From NCBI GenBank assembly GCA_964609585.1, contig CAZSRA010000002.1:46820-110819 (forward strand): a stretch of DNA of 64,000 bases, in the 5' to 3' direction. Position 1 is the first letter of the stretch. Every line of letters starts with the position of its first letter. This document shows, piece by piece, positions 1 through 9,589 of the stretch. The notes under the pieces were generated by a model. It was not told the origin of the DNA and searched no databases. It worked only from the letters and a program-made list of their open reading frames with translations. This stretch comes from an uncultured Candidatus Saccharimonadales bacterium. Its GTDB lineage: Bacteria > Patescibacteriota > Saccharimonadia > UBA4664. A program made the position numbers and the translations under genes.

Positions 1-741
1 AAAATTGGGGCAAGAGATACCAGAGATTGAGGGGTATCCAGATAATGAGGGCTTTGATCTGGAGACCGAGCCAACGCGCGGGGCCTTTCCGGCGTAAGTA
101 CAGGCACGAAACGGCGGCCATAACACCCAAAAGAATAAACAGAAAGGAAAGATTGGTGAGAGCGGTGGAAACGAAGGCGGTGGTAAAGAGGGCAAAGGCC
201 CAGATGTATTTGGTGCGCTCGGTGTCGAGGTATTTGAGGAATAGCCAGATGAGCCAGGGGAGGGCAGCGTTGAATAAATAGGCAAAGATGATCATGCGCC
301 AGCCGTTGATGGCGATGTAGAGATTGGACATGTAAAACAGGGCTGGAATGAGGATGGCGAAGGGTTTTTGCGGAAGTTTGTAGGTTTCGCCGAGGTACTT
401 TAGGAGTACAAGGGCACCGGAGCCTGTGAGAGAAAGGATACCGAGAAAGAAGATGGCCTGAGCAAGGATAGGGCTAAAACCGATGCCTTGGAGTATACCG
501 ATGAGGATAAAAAAGGGCACGATGGCGTAGCCGGTGGCGTCGATAATGCCGCCACTCAGCTGACTTTTCCAGCCGTAGGAGAAATCGTAAGCATGGGCAA
601 AGGGGTTGCCGATGGGCCAGGTACTGTCGGCGTAGAACAATAGGCCGCCGTGACGGTACCAAATGAGAATGGTGATGAGGCTGGCCGCAAAAACAGCGAG
701 GTGGGGCCAGTGTTTTGTAATAGTGTCTCGGTCGATTTTCA
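1..741 (-). CDS. Polytopic integral membrane protein, partial (C-terminus runs off the window start); probable TTG start overlapping the stop of the downstream GT4 gene
   Basis: Translating the minus strand from ~741 gives an uninterrupted hydrophobic reading frame (KIDRDTITKHWPHLAVFAASLITILIWY...GWKSQLSGGIIDATGYAIVPFFILIG...) with no stop down to position 1. It is not in the ORF track because it is truncated at the window edge. Confidence 0.5.
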
Positions 742-1839
742 ACGAAGGCCTCGTGTTAGGGCTTTCGTTAGGAGTTTACCTTGTTTTATAATGTCGTATT
801 TTTTGGCAGCGAGATTGATATTGTGCTCCTGGATGGCCTCGCGTCTTTTGCGATCGAACAGAAGGTGACTAACCGCTTGATTTAAGGCTTGTTGGTCGCC
901 CTGGGGGCAAATGATATTGTTGGTGGTGATAACTTCGGGGATAGCGCCGCAGTCGGTACTAATAACAGCCAGTCCACAAGCCATGGCTTCAACAAAGCTA
1001 AAACCGAACTGTTCGGAAGTGATTTTGAGGCCATATCGGGTGATGTCGCGACAGGGTAGTACGAATATACTGTGCTGGTTTAGGATGTCTGGCAAGTCTT
1101 TATTGGGAATTTTGCCTAGGTATTTTACATTAGGATATTTTTCGGTGTATTCGACTACCCGCGAACGATACGGGCCATCGCCAACGATCGTGAGCAATGT
1201 GTCTGGGTGATTTGGCATGATGTGATCGGCCATTTTGAGCGTGAGATCAATGCCTTTGTGCTCTTTGAGGCCGCCGACAAAGATGAGATTGGGAACTTGC
1301 TTCGCTCTCGTAGGCTTGAAAAGCTTTAGGTCAATACCGGGATACACTACCTCGATTTTGGACACGGGAGCGCCCAGCTGCATGAGGCTAAGTTTGGCTT
1401 TTTCGGAAACGCAAATGAAACGATTGGCATTTCGGATGCAATAGAGGCGGTTGCGAAGATGTGTGGGCAAGTAATGCAAGGGATGGGTGGGGATGAGTTC
1501 GTAAACGAGCACGACGACTGGTTTGTGGTGCTCGCGGCAATATTTGATAAATTGACGCGACAACGATGAGAAGATTTCGAGGACGATGACGACATCGACG
1601 TCCTCGAGGTAGTGTTCGAAGTTTTGATATTGGATGAGGCGAGCGGTGGAGTGAAATTTATCTTTGAATGCGGAGTTTTCGGATTCGTCGACGGGGCAGT
1701 ATTCAACGTTTTTTGGAGGCTCTTTCGGATAATCGGAAAAATCGGTGTCGATGAATTTGACGCGGTCGGCGTCGATACGGGTAAACCAGTCATACTCGTA
1801 GCACGGCCGGCCGGCATGGGAGATATAGGCAACTTTCAT
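739..1839 (-). CDS. Glycosyltransferase family 1 (GT4-type, retaining)
   Basis: 366 aa. The C-terminal half has the typical GT4 pattern (EHKGIDLTLKMADHI...LTIVGDGPYR...FVLPCR...EQFGFSFVEAMACGLAVISTDCGAIPEVI). Confidence 0.85.
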   Translation of the reverse strand: MKVAYISHAGRPCYEYDWFTRIDADRVKFIDTDFSDYPKEPPKNVEYCPVDESENSAFKDKFHSTARLIQYQNFEHYLEDVDVVIVLEIFSSLSRQFIKYCREHHKPVVVLVYELIPTHPLHYLPTHLRNRLYCIRNANRFICVSEKAKLSLMQLGAPVSKIEVVYPGIDLKLFKPTRAKQVPNLIFVGGLKEHKGIDLTLKMADHIMPNHPDTLLTIVGDGPYRSRVVEYTEKYPNVKYLGKIPNKDLPDILNQHSIFVLPCRDITRYGLKITSEQFGFSFVEAMACGLAVISTDCGAIPEVITTNNIICPQGDQQALNQAVSHLLFDRKRREAIQEHNINLAAKKYDIIKQGKLLTKALTRGLR

Positions 1840-2687
1840 GCGATGGTACGAGCGGGGGCTTTGGGTTTAAGACTCTTTGGCGGGCCCACGAGCATACCGG
1901 TAGCACCGGCTGCATATTTTACGACCATGTAGAACCAGAAGGCCAGAAACAGATGTGGGGTTTTTGCGAGGTCCTTTTGGAGTTTGCGAAAACTGGGGCG
2001 GAAGAAGGCGAGTTGACTGCGGCCGCGAGCGCCGCTTTTTTGCCGGTAGCGGCGAATAGTGCGCCCATAATAGTAAAATTTGTGCCAGACGTCCCAGATG
2101 GTTTTGGGCTCGCCAATGTGGTTTTCAACGGCGTCAACATGGGCCCATTTGTAGCCGGCAGCGGCGAGGCGGTTGTGGAGGTCAAAATCTTCGCCGGCGA
2201 CGAGGGTTTCGTCGAAGCCGCCAAGCGCCTTAAACGCGCTGCGTTTCATGAAACGCACGGCCACGATTGAAGTGTCGCCGCGGTAGCTTTCGCGTTCAAT
2301 GTAGCGCACCTTGGCCCAAAGACTGGTACCGACGCTGCGATTATGCAGGGCAAGGGCGTCGTAGCCTTGGGCCATTTTTTTGACACAGGCGTCGATGACG
2401 TTTGGATCTAGGACATAGTCGGGTCCGATGCGATAAATGTACTCCCCTTTTGCTTTTGTGAAGCCATAATTAAATTGAGTGGAACGTTCTGGACCAATTT
2501 GGTAAACATGGTCCGTATATTTCTGGGCGATTTCGTAGGTGCCGTCGGTAGAGAAATTATCGACGATGATAATTTCGACATTTTTGTAGGTTTGAGCTTT
2601 GAGGCTCTCGAGGCAGGCTTCAAAGTGAGTGGCGGTGTTTTTGCAGGCAATGATAACGGAAACAAGCGGCGTTTTCGTGTTATTCAT
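1836..2687 (-). CDS. Glycosyltransferase family 2
   Basis: GT2 N-terminus (LVSVIIACKNTATHFEACLESLKAQTYKNVEIIIVDNFSTDGT...LVAGEDFDLHNRL). I chose the internal ATG at 2687 (MNNTKTPLVSV...), which sits 2 nt after the upstream gene's stop. The longer ORF-track start at 2897 overlaps the neighbour by 217 nt. Confidence 0.8.
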   Translation of the reverse strand: MNNTKTPLVSVIIACKNTATHFEACLESLKAQTYKNVEIIIVDNFSTDGTYEIAQKYTDHVYQIGPERSTQFNYGFTKAKGEYIYRIGPDYVLDPNVIDACVKKMAQGYDALALHNRSVGTSLWAKVRYIERESYRGDTSIVAVRFMKRSAFKALGGFDETLVAGEDFDLHNRLAAAGYKWAHVDAVENHIGEPKTIWDVWHKFYYYGRTIRRYRQKSGARGRSQLAFFRPSFRKLQKDLAKTPHLFLAFWFYMVVKYAAGATGMLVGPPKSLKPKAPARTIA

Positions 2688-3522
2688 TGGACGTCTCTCC
2701 AGGTTTTGGAGAGGACAAGTAGCCAACGGCACCACTCGTATACTCGGCGGTCTTAAGAACCAGAAGACCGAGACCAATGAGGGGGCGGGCAAATAACGTG
2801 CGGGGACGAGAGAAGAACATCCGGTAACGATGAAGTGGTCCGATGGCGGCGGTATGTTCCGGAGAAGTGTGTTCTTTGGCCAAATAGTTACGCGCATGCT
2901 TGGCGTAATAGTACTTTTTGCTCAAGGTCCGCTTGATGCTCAGGTGACCCTCATTGTGGCGGATGAACTGATGAATGCGGGCGGTGGGGCCAAGGCGACG
3001 CAAGCGCGCGGATAGATCCCAATCTTCGCCAGCTACAAGCTGCGTGTCGTAGCCGCCTAGCTCTTGGTAAATAGAGCGGGGGAAGAAACGGACAGCCTCG
3101 ATGGCGTCGTTGCCCACATAGAATGAACGTTCGAGTGCTTTGCACTTGGCCCAAAACCCCTGACCGAATGACTCTTCGGGGATGATGATGCCCTTGTAGC
3201 CAGGGACGCTTGCGAAGATGTCGATGCACGCTTCGATCACTTTGGGGGTGAGTTCCATATCTGAATCAATAATAGCAACATACTCGCCCGTGGCTTTATC
3301 TACACCGAAGTTGCGTTGGGCAGAGCGCTCGGGGCCGTGGTTGTAGACATGAGACGTGAAACGGCGCGCAATGTCTTTAGTGGCGTCGGTGGAATCGCGG
3401 TCGACAACGATGAGTTCGATGTGCTGGTAGGTTTGATTCTTAATCGAACTGAGGCAGGCGCTTAAAAAGTCTGCTGAGTTATGAGTGGGGACAATGATGG
3501 AGACGAGGGAATCTTTGAGCAT
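2680..3522 (-). CDS. Glycosyltransferase family 2 (tandem paralogue of 1836..2687)
   Basis: 280 aa: SIIVPTHNSADFLSACLSSIKNQTYQHIELIVVDRDSTDAT...AIIDSDMEL...LVAGEDWDLSARL. Confidence 0.85.
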   Translation of the reverse strand: MLKDSLVSIIVPTHNSADFLSACLSSIKNQTYQHIELIVVDRDSTDATKDIARRFTSHVYNHGPERSAQRNFGVDKATGEYVAIIDSDMELTPKVIEACIDIFASVPGYKGIIIPEESFGQGFWAKCKALERSFYVGNDAIEAVRFFPRSIYQELGGYDTQLVAGEDWDLSARLRRLGPTARIHQFIRHNEGHLSIKRTLSKKYYYAKHARNYLAKEHTSPEHTAAIGPLHRYRMFFSRPRTLFARPLIGLGLLVLKTAEYTSGAVGYLSSPKPGETSNE

Positions 3523-3734
3523 ACAAGCCTGATTTTACCAGATGAAAAAGATGGCAATATGTGCATTCTTATATCTTCCCGTTGTGACTGGTCGGTTGGT
3601 TTTGTAACTTATGATAACCTCCTCCTATATCTCGGCTTACTTGTACGAAATGCCCCGGTCCTTACTGAAAAGACTGGGGCAGTCGTCGTAACCGTACTGT
3701 GGCCTGAAGGCCAAGATGCACTCCAGGTTGATCT

Positions 3735-4136
3735 TTAGTGACGGTGAACCTGGAGCAGCGCCACGCTCATGAGTACGATGAAGGCCAGCAGCAGGGCGGT
3801 GTACCCGGCCTGCAGAAGGCGATAGCGGGAGTATTGGGTGGCCATGAAGCGTCGGTGCGCGTTGTCGGCGGCGAAGAGGCTGGCGGCCGCACCAAGAAGC
3901 TCGGCCGTTAGCGCAACCACGACGAAGTGGATGGATGCGAGGGCTCCGACGATCGCTGTCGGGATCAGGGTAATCCATCTGAACTGGTACGTAGGTGCTG
4001 AGCCTTTGCCCGGGACTTTCTTGGGCTCTTCCTGGGGGTCGCGGGAGGGCAACACCAGGAGCATGAGGCCCGTGAGGGCGATGTCGAGGCCCAGCCACTT
4101 GAACGGACTGATCCCGACGAGCCAGTGAGAGGTCAT
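3735..4136 (-). CDS. Small membrane protein (hypothetical), on a high-GC insert
   Basis: Hydrophobic helices (WLGLDIALTGLMLLVL; IPTAIVGALASIHFVVVALTAELLGAAASLF). The start is taken at MTSHW because of a GGGGG Shine-Dalgarno site 5 nt upstream; the longest ORF would run to 4187. Confidence 0.4.
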   Translation of the reverse strand: MTSHWLVGISPFKWLGLDIALTGLMLLVLPSRDPQEEPKKVPGKGSAPTYQFRWITLIPTAIVGALASIHFVVVALTAELLGAAASLFAADNAHRRFMATQYSRYRLLQAGYTALLLAFIVLMSVALLQVHRH

Positions 4137-4254
4137 TATTCCCCCAGTCCGAAGGTACGACGGTTTTTTCCGCTTTCGCGGACCCATCCGGAAGATGAGT
4201 TTTATATCGTGTCACTTTTTGTATTGATTGTCAATTTTATTAAAAGCCTGAATG

Positions 4255-4304
4255 CGATAAAAACGGTTCGCCCCGCCCTAGAGTTTGTGGCTCCGGGGCG
4301 GGGC
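4255..4304 (-). terminator. Putative intrinsic terminator downstream of the CDF gene
   Basis: GC-rich inverted repeat cgccccgccc...ggggcggggc at 4269..4304, followed on the minus strand by a T-run (plus-strand aaaaa at 4258-4262). Confidence 0.4.
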
Positions 4305-4963
4305 TAGGAACTACCGGGACAATCGTGCCCGTGTTGCTGGTGGCGGGCGAAGTCGCTGAGCGACCTCGCGATCGGGGCGACGTGAACGCTGGCGATGACC
4401 GCGAGGCCTATCCAGGCGGCTATCGGATCCAGGATCGGGGAGCCACGGCAGAGCCCGATCGCTAGGTAGGCAAGCAGGGCCACTCCTGACGCCACCGAAT
4501 CGCCGAGTAGGTGAGCAATCGCCACTGCGATATTGGCGTCGCTGTCGTCCTTGCCACCTTCGAGCTTGCGGTGGAAAGCGACATTGGCGGCGAAGCTGAT
4601 GAGCTCGAGGACAAATGCCAGCCAAATTCCTCCCGCAGTTATGGAGCTGCGCATTAGTACGAGCAGCACCCCCGAAATGACGACGGTGAGGCCGGCGCTG
4701 AGTGCAGGCGCAAGGGGGAGGATTCGACAGGTCCAGAGCCGCCCGAGAGCTCTATTCTTGAGCCTGAGGGCAGCTAGGCTTACACCGAGAACAGGTGCTT
4801 CGCCGAGATTGTGGAGCGCGTCCACCAGGAGAGCAACGCGGCCCGCCAGGAGGGCGACGACGAGCTGAACCAACCCGAGACACCCGAAGGTGACTATCGC
4901 CCATCCCAGAACGGCCTGCTTGTCGCTGCCCTGCCCGTGGCTGTGTTCGTGCGAGTGCGACAT
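4304..4963 (-). CDS. Cation diffusion facilitator (CzcD/ZitB-type) transmembrane domain; appears to lack the cytoplasmic C-terminal domain
   Basis: His-rich N-terminus MSHSHEHSHGQGSD. TM2 carries LLVDALHNLGE and TM5 carries IAHLLGDSVASG (HxxxD metal-site motif). After six predicted helices only ~20 residues remain. The start is placed at the internal ATG 4963 (GAGAGGG Shine-Dalgarno upstream); the ORF track extends to 5125. Confidence 0.6.
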   Translation of the reverse strand: MSHSHEHSHGQGSDKQAVLGWAIVTFGCLGLVQLVVALLAGRVALLVDALHNLGEAPVLGVSLAALRLKNRALGRLWTCRILPLAPALSAGLTVVISGVLLVLMRSSITAGGIWLAFVLELISFAANVAFHRKLEGGKDDSDANIAVAIAHLLGDSVASGVALLAYLAIGLCRGSPILDPIAAWIGLAVIASVHVAPIARSLSDFARHQQHGHDCPGSS

Positions 4964-5039
4964 GAGCACCCTCTCGTAGGTAAAAGGATCGTGCTCGGTC
5001 GAGCCGGGACCCACGGTGAGGTGAGTCCCGGTTGCTCGG

Positions 5040-5618
5040 TTAGTGGGAGGTCGGGCGATGGGTCGCCAGATGATCACGGAGCATGGCGTCGATGGTCGAC
5101 TCCACGTATTTCCAGTCGTTCTCACACCCCACTTCCACTCCTATGATATGGGAGTAGACGTGGACCCGGACCACCCCGCCGACACTGAGGATTTGAGCGG
5201 CGAGAGACCAGCCAGCTTCGGAGAGGAGCGGGGGAGGGTCACTTGCGGGGTACCGGGATTTTCTCGTGAGGGTGACGCTCACGCCGCTGGGGCAAGCGTG
5301 CATCTCTACGAGGCTTGGGAACCACCTTGTATTCTGGTTTGACTTCGAAGATCCTCCTGCCTCTTCGTTCTGTTCCGGGTTTTTACCGGGTCGATTGGGG
5401 GCAGGGTAAACCGTCCGAACTAGCGTTTGGATGGTGCTGACGGTCGCCCAGATGATGGCCCCGATCGCGAAGCACAAGACGACCACCCAGGCTGTGAGTA
5501 GGCGGGTCTTCATGGCCGTCCCGACGCTCTGGCTACCGTGGATGCCGACGACAAAGACGATGGACAATACGGCCATCGCGGCAGGCTGTTCGATGATCGT
5601 CCCGGCCAAAGAGGGCAT
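5040..5618 (-). CDS. Hypothetical single-pass membrane protein
   Basis: One hydrophobic segment (LLTAWVVVLCFAIGAIIWATV). Start placed at MPSLAG (GGGAG Shine-Dalgarno 8 nt upstream), downstream of a near-consensus promoter. No recognisable domain. Confidence 0.4.
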   Translation of the reverse strand: MPSLAGTIIEQPAAMAVLSIVFVVGIHGSQSVGTAMKTRLLTAWVVVLCFAIGAIIWATVSTIQTLVRTVYPAPNRPGKNPEQNEEAGGSSKSNQNTRWFPSLVEMHACPSGVSVTLTRKSRYPASDPPPLLSEAGWSLAAQILSVGGVVRVHVYSHIIGVEVGCENDWKYVESTIDAMLRDHLATHRPTSH

Positions 5619-5687
5619 GGGTTTGTCTCCCGTTCTTGTCAGGGTACGACTGCGAAGTGTCCATCCCAGGACTGAGATGGATGATGG

Positions 5688-5716
5688 ATAATATAATACC
5701 CCGTGGTTATTGTCAA
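5688..5716 (-). promoter_or_regulatory. Near-consensus sigma70-type promoter (TTGACA, 17-nt spacer, TATTAT) for the 5040..5618 gene
   Basis: The minus strand reads cttTTGACAataaccacggggtattaTATTATcc. The -35 hexamer is at 5716..5711, the spacer is 17 nt, and the -10 hexamer is at 5693..5688. Confidence 0.45.
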
Positions 5717-5831
5717 AGTTATAGCTTGCCAAGATGCTTCTTTTGGGTTAAGGTATCTTTTACCTCATCGGTTTCTCTGATGACTGACGGATCGCCCCCG
5801 CTCCGTCTCGAACTGCCTCTGGGAGAGGTAT

Positions 5832-6005
5832 ATGTTCCGCCAGATCATGCTAGCACTCCAGCCGTGGAAAAACCCGGCCGGCAACAAGCAGGCTAGGCGT
5901 CTGCGCCGCGTTGGCGTCGTCGGCTGGACCGGCATCGCCGGAGCGCTTCTGATGAAGTTCCAGCACCCCATCGGCCTCGGCCGCCCCCGGCACAAGAACC
6001 GCTAG
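5832..6005 (+). CDS. Small basic protein, 57 aa (MFRQIMLALQPWKNPAGNKQARRLRRVGVVGWTGIAGALLMKFQHPIGLGRPRHKNR)
   Basis: Absent from the ORF track (<60 aa). A GGGAGAGG Shine-Dalgarno site lies 6 nt upstream of ATG 5832, and an intrinsic-terminator-like hairpin plus T-run follows the stop. Confidence 0.4.
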   Translation: MFRQIMLALQPWKNPAGNKQARRLRRVGVVGWTGIAGALLMKFQHPIGLGRPRHKNR

Positions 6006-6017
6006 GCGCCCACAGAT

Positions 6018-6061
6018 CGCTCTGCCCCTCCCCCACCATAGGGACGGGCGGAGCGCTTTTT
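6018..6061 (+). terminator. Putative intrinsic terminator after the small ORF
   Basis: Imperfect GC-rich hairpin cgctctgcccc...gggcggagcg followed by cttttta. The T-run overlaps the stop codon of the convergent GT4 gene. Confidence 0.4.
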
Positions 6062-7172
6062 ATGTACTTAAACCAAGCGCGCGCGCGAAATCGATGTAGG
6101 AATGGTCGAAGGTGAGCGTGCGGGCCCATTCGAGGCCAGCTTGGCGCAGATACTGGTAGTGGTCGAGATTTGCAAGGAGATCTGCGATGGCTTCTGCCAT
6201 GGCTTCTGGAGTGTTGCTCGCGGCAATGAGGCCGGTGACGCCAGGACGAACGCTGTCTCTGAGACCATCCACGTCATACACGACAGCTGGAGTGCCCTGG
6301 CTGGCGGCTTCTGTCACAATGAGGCCCCAGCCTTCTTTTACACTGGTAACGAGGATGGCGTGGCTTTTTTGCATGAGTGTGAGTTTGGCGGCAGGGGTAG
6401 TGCGGCCAGCGTAATGAATGCTCCCAGCATAGGGGCTGGTTTTGATATAATTTAGGACTTTTTGGCCGTATGGGCCCGAAGCATCTCCAGAGATTATGAG
6501 CCGCAAGTTTGGTATTTTGGCTTTGGCCAGCTCAAATGCTTTAATTTGGTCGAGCGTGCGTTTCATAGGGCGAATGGAGCCGTGAGACAGGAGAGTGGGG
6601 GTTTTGAATTTGGTGGCGGAGTCTGGGTTTCGCAGTGGGGCAAGGTTTGTGGCTTCGGAGATAAGATGGATACTGGCGGCTTTAAAGCCGTGACTTATGA
6701 GGTCTTGTTTTGTGGAATTTGAGACGGCTATGACGGTGGATTTTGGTTTTAGCAGACGTAAATACAGGGGCTCTAGCAGGTAGCCAACTTGGGCTAACGG
6801 AAAAGGCAGCTCGTAAAACCAAATTTCGCGGCAAAGCATGTGGAAAAAGAGGACAGTGCGAGTACGCGCGTAATAACCCGTGAAATAAGGCATGGTGTTG
6901 CATTCATCGATGACGAGATCGGCGGCTAGCTCATGGCGATGGCGCAAGTAGTAGAGAGCCGAGGTGAGATAGTTGGTGTAGCGATTTCCGGTACGAATAA
7001 TGCGAAAGCCACGACGGCTAAGGTTTGACTGGGCGCTAGCAAAACCGGCGGTGAGAAAGGTGACGTTGTGACCCGACACGACAAGGCGGGCGGCGAGCTC
7101 TTCGTTGACCACTTCGGCGCCGCCGGCCAGGGGATGATCTAAATCTTTCCAGGTAAACCAGACAATGTTCAC
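6060..7172 (-). CDS. Glycosyltransferase family 1 (GT4-type)
   Basis: 370 aa: MNIVWFTWKDLDHPLAGGAEVVNEELAARLVVSGHNVTFLT...LVTSVKEGWGLIVTEAASQGTPAVVYDVDGLRDSV. Confidence 0.85.
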   Translation of the reverse strand: MNIVWFTWKDLDHPLAGGAEVVNEELAARLVVSGHNVTFLTAGFASAQSNLSRRGFRIIRTGNRYTNYLTSALYYLRHRHELAADLVIDECNTMPYFTGYYARTRTVLFFHMLCREIWFYELPFPLAQVGYLLEPLYLRLLKPKSTVIAVSNSTKQDLISHGFKAASIHLISEATNLAPLRNPDSATKFKTPTLLSHGSIRPMKRTLDQIKAFELAKAKIPNLRLIISGDASGPYGQKVLNYIKTSPYAGSIHYAGRTTPAAKLTLMQKSHAILVTSVKEGWGLIVTEAASQGTPAVVYDVDGLRDSVRPGVTGLIAASNTPEAMAEAIADLLANLDHYQYLRQAGLEWARTLTFDHSYIDFARALGLST

Positions 7173-8158
7173 GAGGCTGGATCTGTTTTGGTTTTAGCCT
7201 CAATTTCGGGGGATTTTTCTGGACGGACTACATAGAGCGGGCGGTTGTTGACCTCGGTATGGATGGCTGCGATATAGAGCGAAATGAGACCCAGGGCAAT
7301 GAGGATGAGGCCAACGAGGAAGAGCAGGATGACGGCGAGGATGGCTGGGCCGGTAAAATTAAGATTCCAGGGGTCGCCGAGGAGGTATTTTTCGATAAGG
7401 ATAAAGAGGCCGAGAGGTCCGGAGATGGCGGTAATTATAAAGCCGAGATACCCCGCAACCTTGAGGGGAAAGAGGCTCATAGAGATGAACGAGGTCATGG
7501 CGAGATTGAGGAGCTTATAGTAGGAGTAGGCAGCGGTGCCGGCATGGCGGCGGGCGGGGGTGAAATAGACATAGGCGCGACGGAACCCGAGCCAGTCTAT
7601 GAGCCCACGGGTAATGCGACCGTGCTCGGTAAAGCGGTTGAATTCGTTGATGACGAGGCGATCGATGAGGCGGTAGTCGGTGGCATGAGCGCGGATTTTG
7701 ACATCGGAGATAGCACCCAGCAGGCGGTAAAACAGGGCACTGCCGGCTCGTTTGAGCACGGGCGCCTGGCGAGCGCTAGCGCGGCGCTCGACCCCCACGA
7801 CCACTTCGGCGCCAGCATGCCAAGCGGCCACGAGCTCAGGGATAAGGGCCGGTGGGTGCTGGAGATCGGCATCGATCGTGATGGCAGCGGCACCTCGAGC
7901 GGCGCGCAGGCCGGCAGTGATGGCGATTTCTTTGCCAAAGTTGCGCACGAGCTCTAGGAGGCGAATATTCGGGTGACGTAGCTGGAGCTTGCGGATGCGA
8001 GTGGTAGTGTCGTCTGTGGAACCATCGTCGACGTAGATGAATTCGTATGTATCGCGCGCTCCTTTGGTGGCAGCGATGAGGGCGCTGTGCAGAGGCTCAA
8101 GATTGCCGTCTTCGTTGTGGCACGGAATGATAACAGAAATAAGGCTGGGATGCGGCAT
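7169..8158 (-). CDS. Polyprenyl-phosphate glycosyltransferase (GT2 with C-terminal TM helices; GtrB/ArnC/DPM1-like)
   Basis: SVIIPCHNEDGNLEPL...YEFIYVDDGSTDDT...ITIDADLQHPP, followed by two or three C-terminal transmembrane helices. Confidence 0.85.
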   Translation of the reverse strand: MPHPSLISVIIPCHNEDGNLEPLHSALIAATKGARDTYEFIYVDDGSTDDTTTRIRKLQLRHPNIRLLELVRNFGKEIAITAGLRAARGAAAITIDADLQHPPALIPELVAAWHAGAEVVVGVERRASARQAPVLKRAGSALFYRLLGAISDVKIRAHATDYRLIDRLVINEFNRFTEHGRITRGLIDWLGFRRAYVYFTPARRHAGTAAYSYYKLLNLAMTSFISMSLFPLKVAGYLGFIITAISGPLGLFILIEKYLLGDPWNLNFTGPAILAVILLFLVGLILIALGLISLYIAAIHTEVNNRPLYVVRPEKSPEIEAKTKTDPAS

Positions 8159-8168
8159 ACGGGTGGTA

Positions 8169-9482
8169 TTATAGCCCGGCCAAACGGCGGCGCAATGTGG
8201 CTAATATTCTAAAAATTAGCATGATGCTAGAGCCAAATAACACAGAATGTACAACGGCGGCCGGGGTGGCGTGATTTGCTAGCACGAGCCAGACGGTGGC
8301 CGCACTGCCAGCGAGAGCAATGCTGGCACTGGACCAGCGCCTAAGCGCCAGGTCGTAGGTGAGCAAAAGATTCACAAACGCAATAATAAACAGCGCAAGG
8401 CTTAGCTCCGGCAGAAGGCCGGCGAGCGCGAGATACCGCGATCCGATGAGGAGCTTCACGACGAGTTGGGGCGCGACCATAAAGAGCAATAAGGCGGTAC
8501 CACCAAGGGCGGTTTGGAGCATGATGGAATGACGCAGATGCCCACGGTTGGTGGCGAGTGGAGCCCCGAGTTTAACTGTTGAAAGTAAGACAGCCGCAAC
8601 GGATCCGGTGAGGAAATAAATGATGCGGGCGACAGTGGCGACTCCAGCATAGGCGCCGGCTACTTCAGGCGAAAAATAATGCTTTACCACAAGGATATCG
8701 AAGCTAAACTGCGTGGTAGTAACGAGCGATACGATGAGCACAAGGCTGGCGTAGGGCAATTGAGGCTTGATGAGGGCTATGTCGGGAGCGCGCAAGAAGG
8801 GGCGGGCGGCGGGATGCAGGCCAAGGCGGCGAGCATTATGGCGAGCGTAGGCAAAGGATATGGTTTGGGCAATGACAAGCCCCGCAATCGCCCCCGATGT
8901 GCCGAGCCCTAAAACGACCAAAAGGGCTGAAATAATGAGCTTGGAACCGGCCGAGATGATGCCAGCGATAGAAAGTTTGGTGAAGGCGTTTACGCCGCGC
9001 AGATAGGCTGACCGCAAAGAGAGCGGCATGCTTATAGCTAGTGAAAGGCCCAGGATGACGAAGGGCAGCGGGGCGGAAAAATGCAGAAAGGCTTGAAGCT
9101 GCGGCAAAAAGATAAGCGCAGCAAGCAGGAAGGCCACGATTATAAGGGTGCCGAGGCGTTCGAGCTCGGTGATGATGCGGCTGCGGAGAGTAGTGCTGGA
9201 CTCGTTGGTGACAATGTTGACGGCGACGCTGGTGACGACATTTAGGAAAATGGTGGCCTGTAGAAAAAGGGATACGAGTGCCTGCACTTCACCAAATTGA
9301 CTAGTGGGCAGGAGTCGTCCAAGAACAGGGTAATACAGATAGTTGAGCACGCTTATGGCCAGAGAACCTGTGAAAAAGATGGCATTGTGACGGAGAAAGT
9401 CGCTTGTGCGCACACGATGGATAAGGCTTGAGATGAGGTCTTTCACTCTTACGAGGTTACATTGGTTTGCCGCGATGGCCAA
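8169..9482 (-). CDS. Polysaccharide flippase / Wzx-like (MOP superfamily) membrane protein
   Basis: 437 aa with about 12 hydrophobic helices. The order and lengths are typical of O-antigen/teichoic-acid flippases and it lies at the 5' end of the glycosyltransferase cluster. Confidence 0.7.
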   Translation of the reverse strand: MAIAANQCNLVRVKDLISSLIHRVRTSDFLRHNAIFFTGSLAISVLNYLYYPVLGRLLPTSQFGEVQALVSLFLQATIFLNVVTSVAVNIVTNESSTTLRSRIITELERLGTLIIVAFLLAALIFLPQLQAFLHFSAPLPFVILGLSLAISMPLSLRSAYLRGVNAFTKLSIAGIISAGSKLIISALLVVLGLGTSGAIAGLVIAQTISFAYARHNARRLGLHPAARPFLRAPDIALIKPQLPYASLVLIVSLVTTTQFSFDILVVKHYFSPEVAGAYAGVATVARIIYFLTGSVAAVLLSTVKLGAPLATNRGHLRHSIMLQTALGGTALLLFMVAPQLVVKLLIGSRYLALAGLLPELSLALFIIAFVNLLLTYDLALRRWSSASIALAGSAATVWLVLANHATPAAVVHSVLFGSSIMLIFRILATLRRRLAGL

Positions 9483-9589
9483 ATTTGGTTTTAGCGGTAG
9501 CTTACCTTGTACCTTTTGGCTATTTGTGTTACGCTTTGATCCCTAAAATATCTTCTGGAGCTTGAGCCGATCCCCAGATGGGCACTTGA

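Noticed and set aside
27-281. 84-aa plus-strand ORF at the window start
   Set aside because: It lies antisense within the uninterrupted minus-strand membrane-protein frame and has an Arg/Lys-rich composition. It is a shadow ORF.
3637-4215. 192-aa minus-strand ORF overlapping the 3735..4136 membrane-protein gene in another frame
   Set aside because: The translation is Arg/Pro/His/Gly low-complexity sequence typical of an off-frame reading of GC-rich DNA. The alternative frame encodes clean TM helices.
7259-7957. 232-aa plus-strand ORF (acidic, Gly/Glu/Asp-rich)
   Set aside because: It is antisense to the well-supported GtrB-like glycosyltransferase. It has a compositionally biased translation and no start context.
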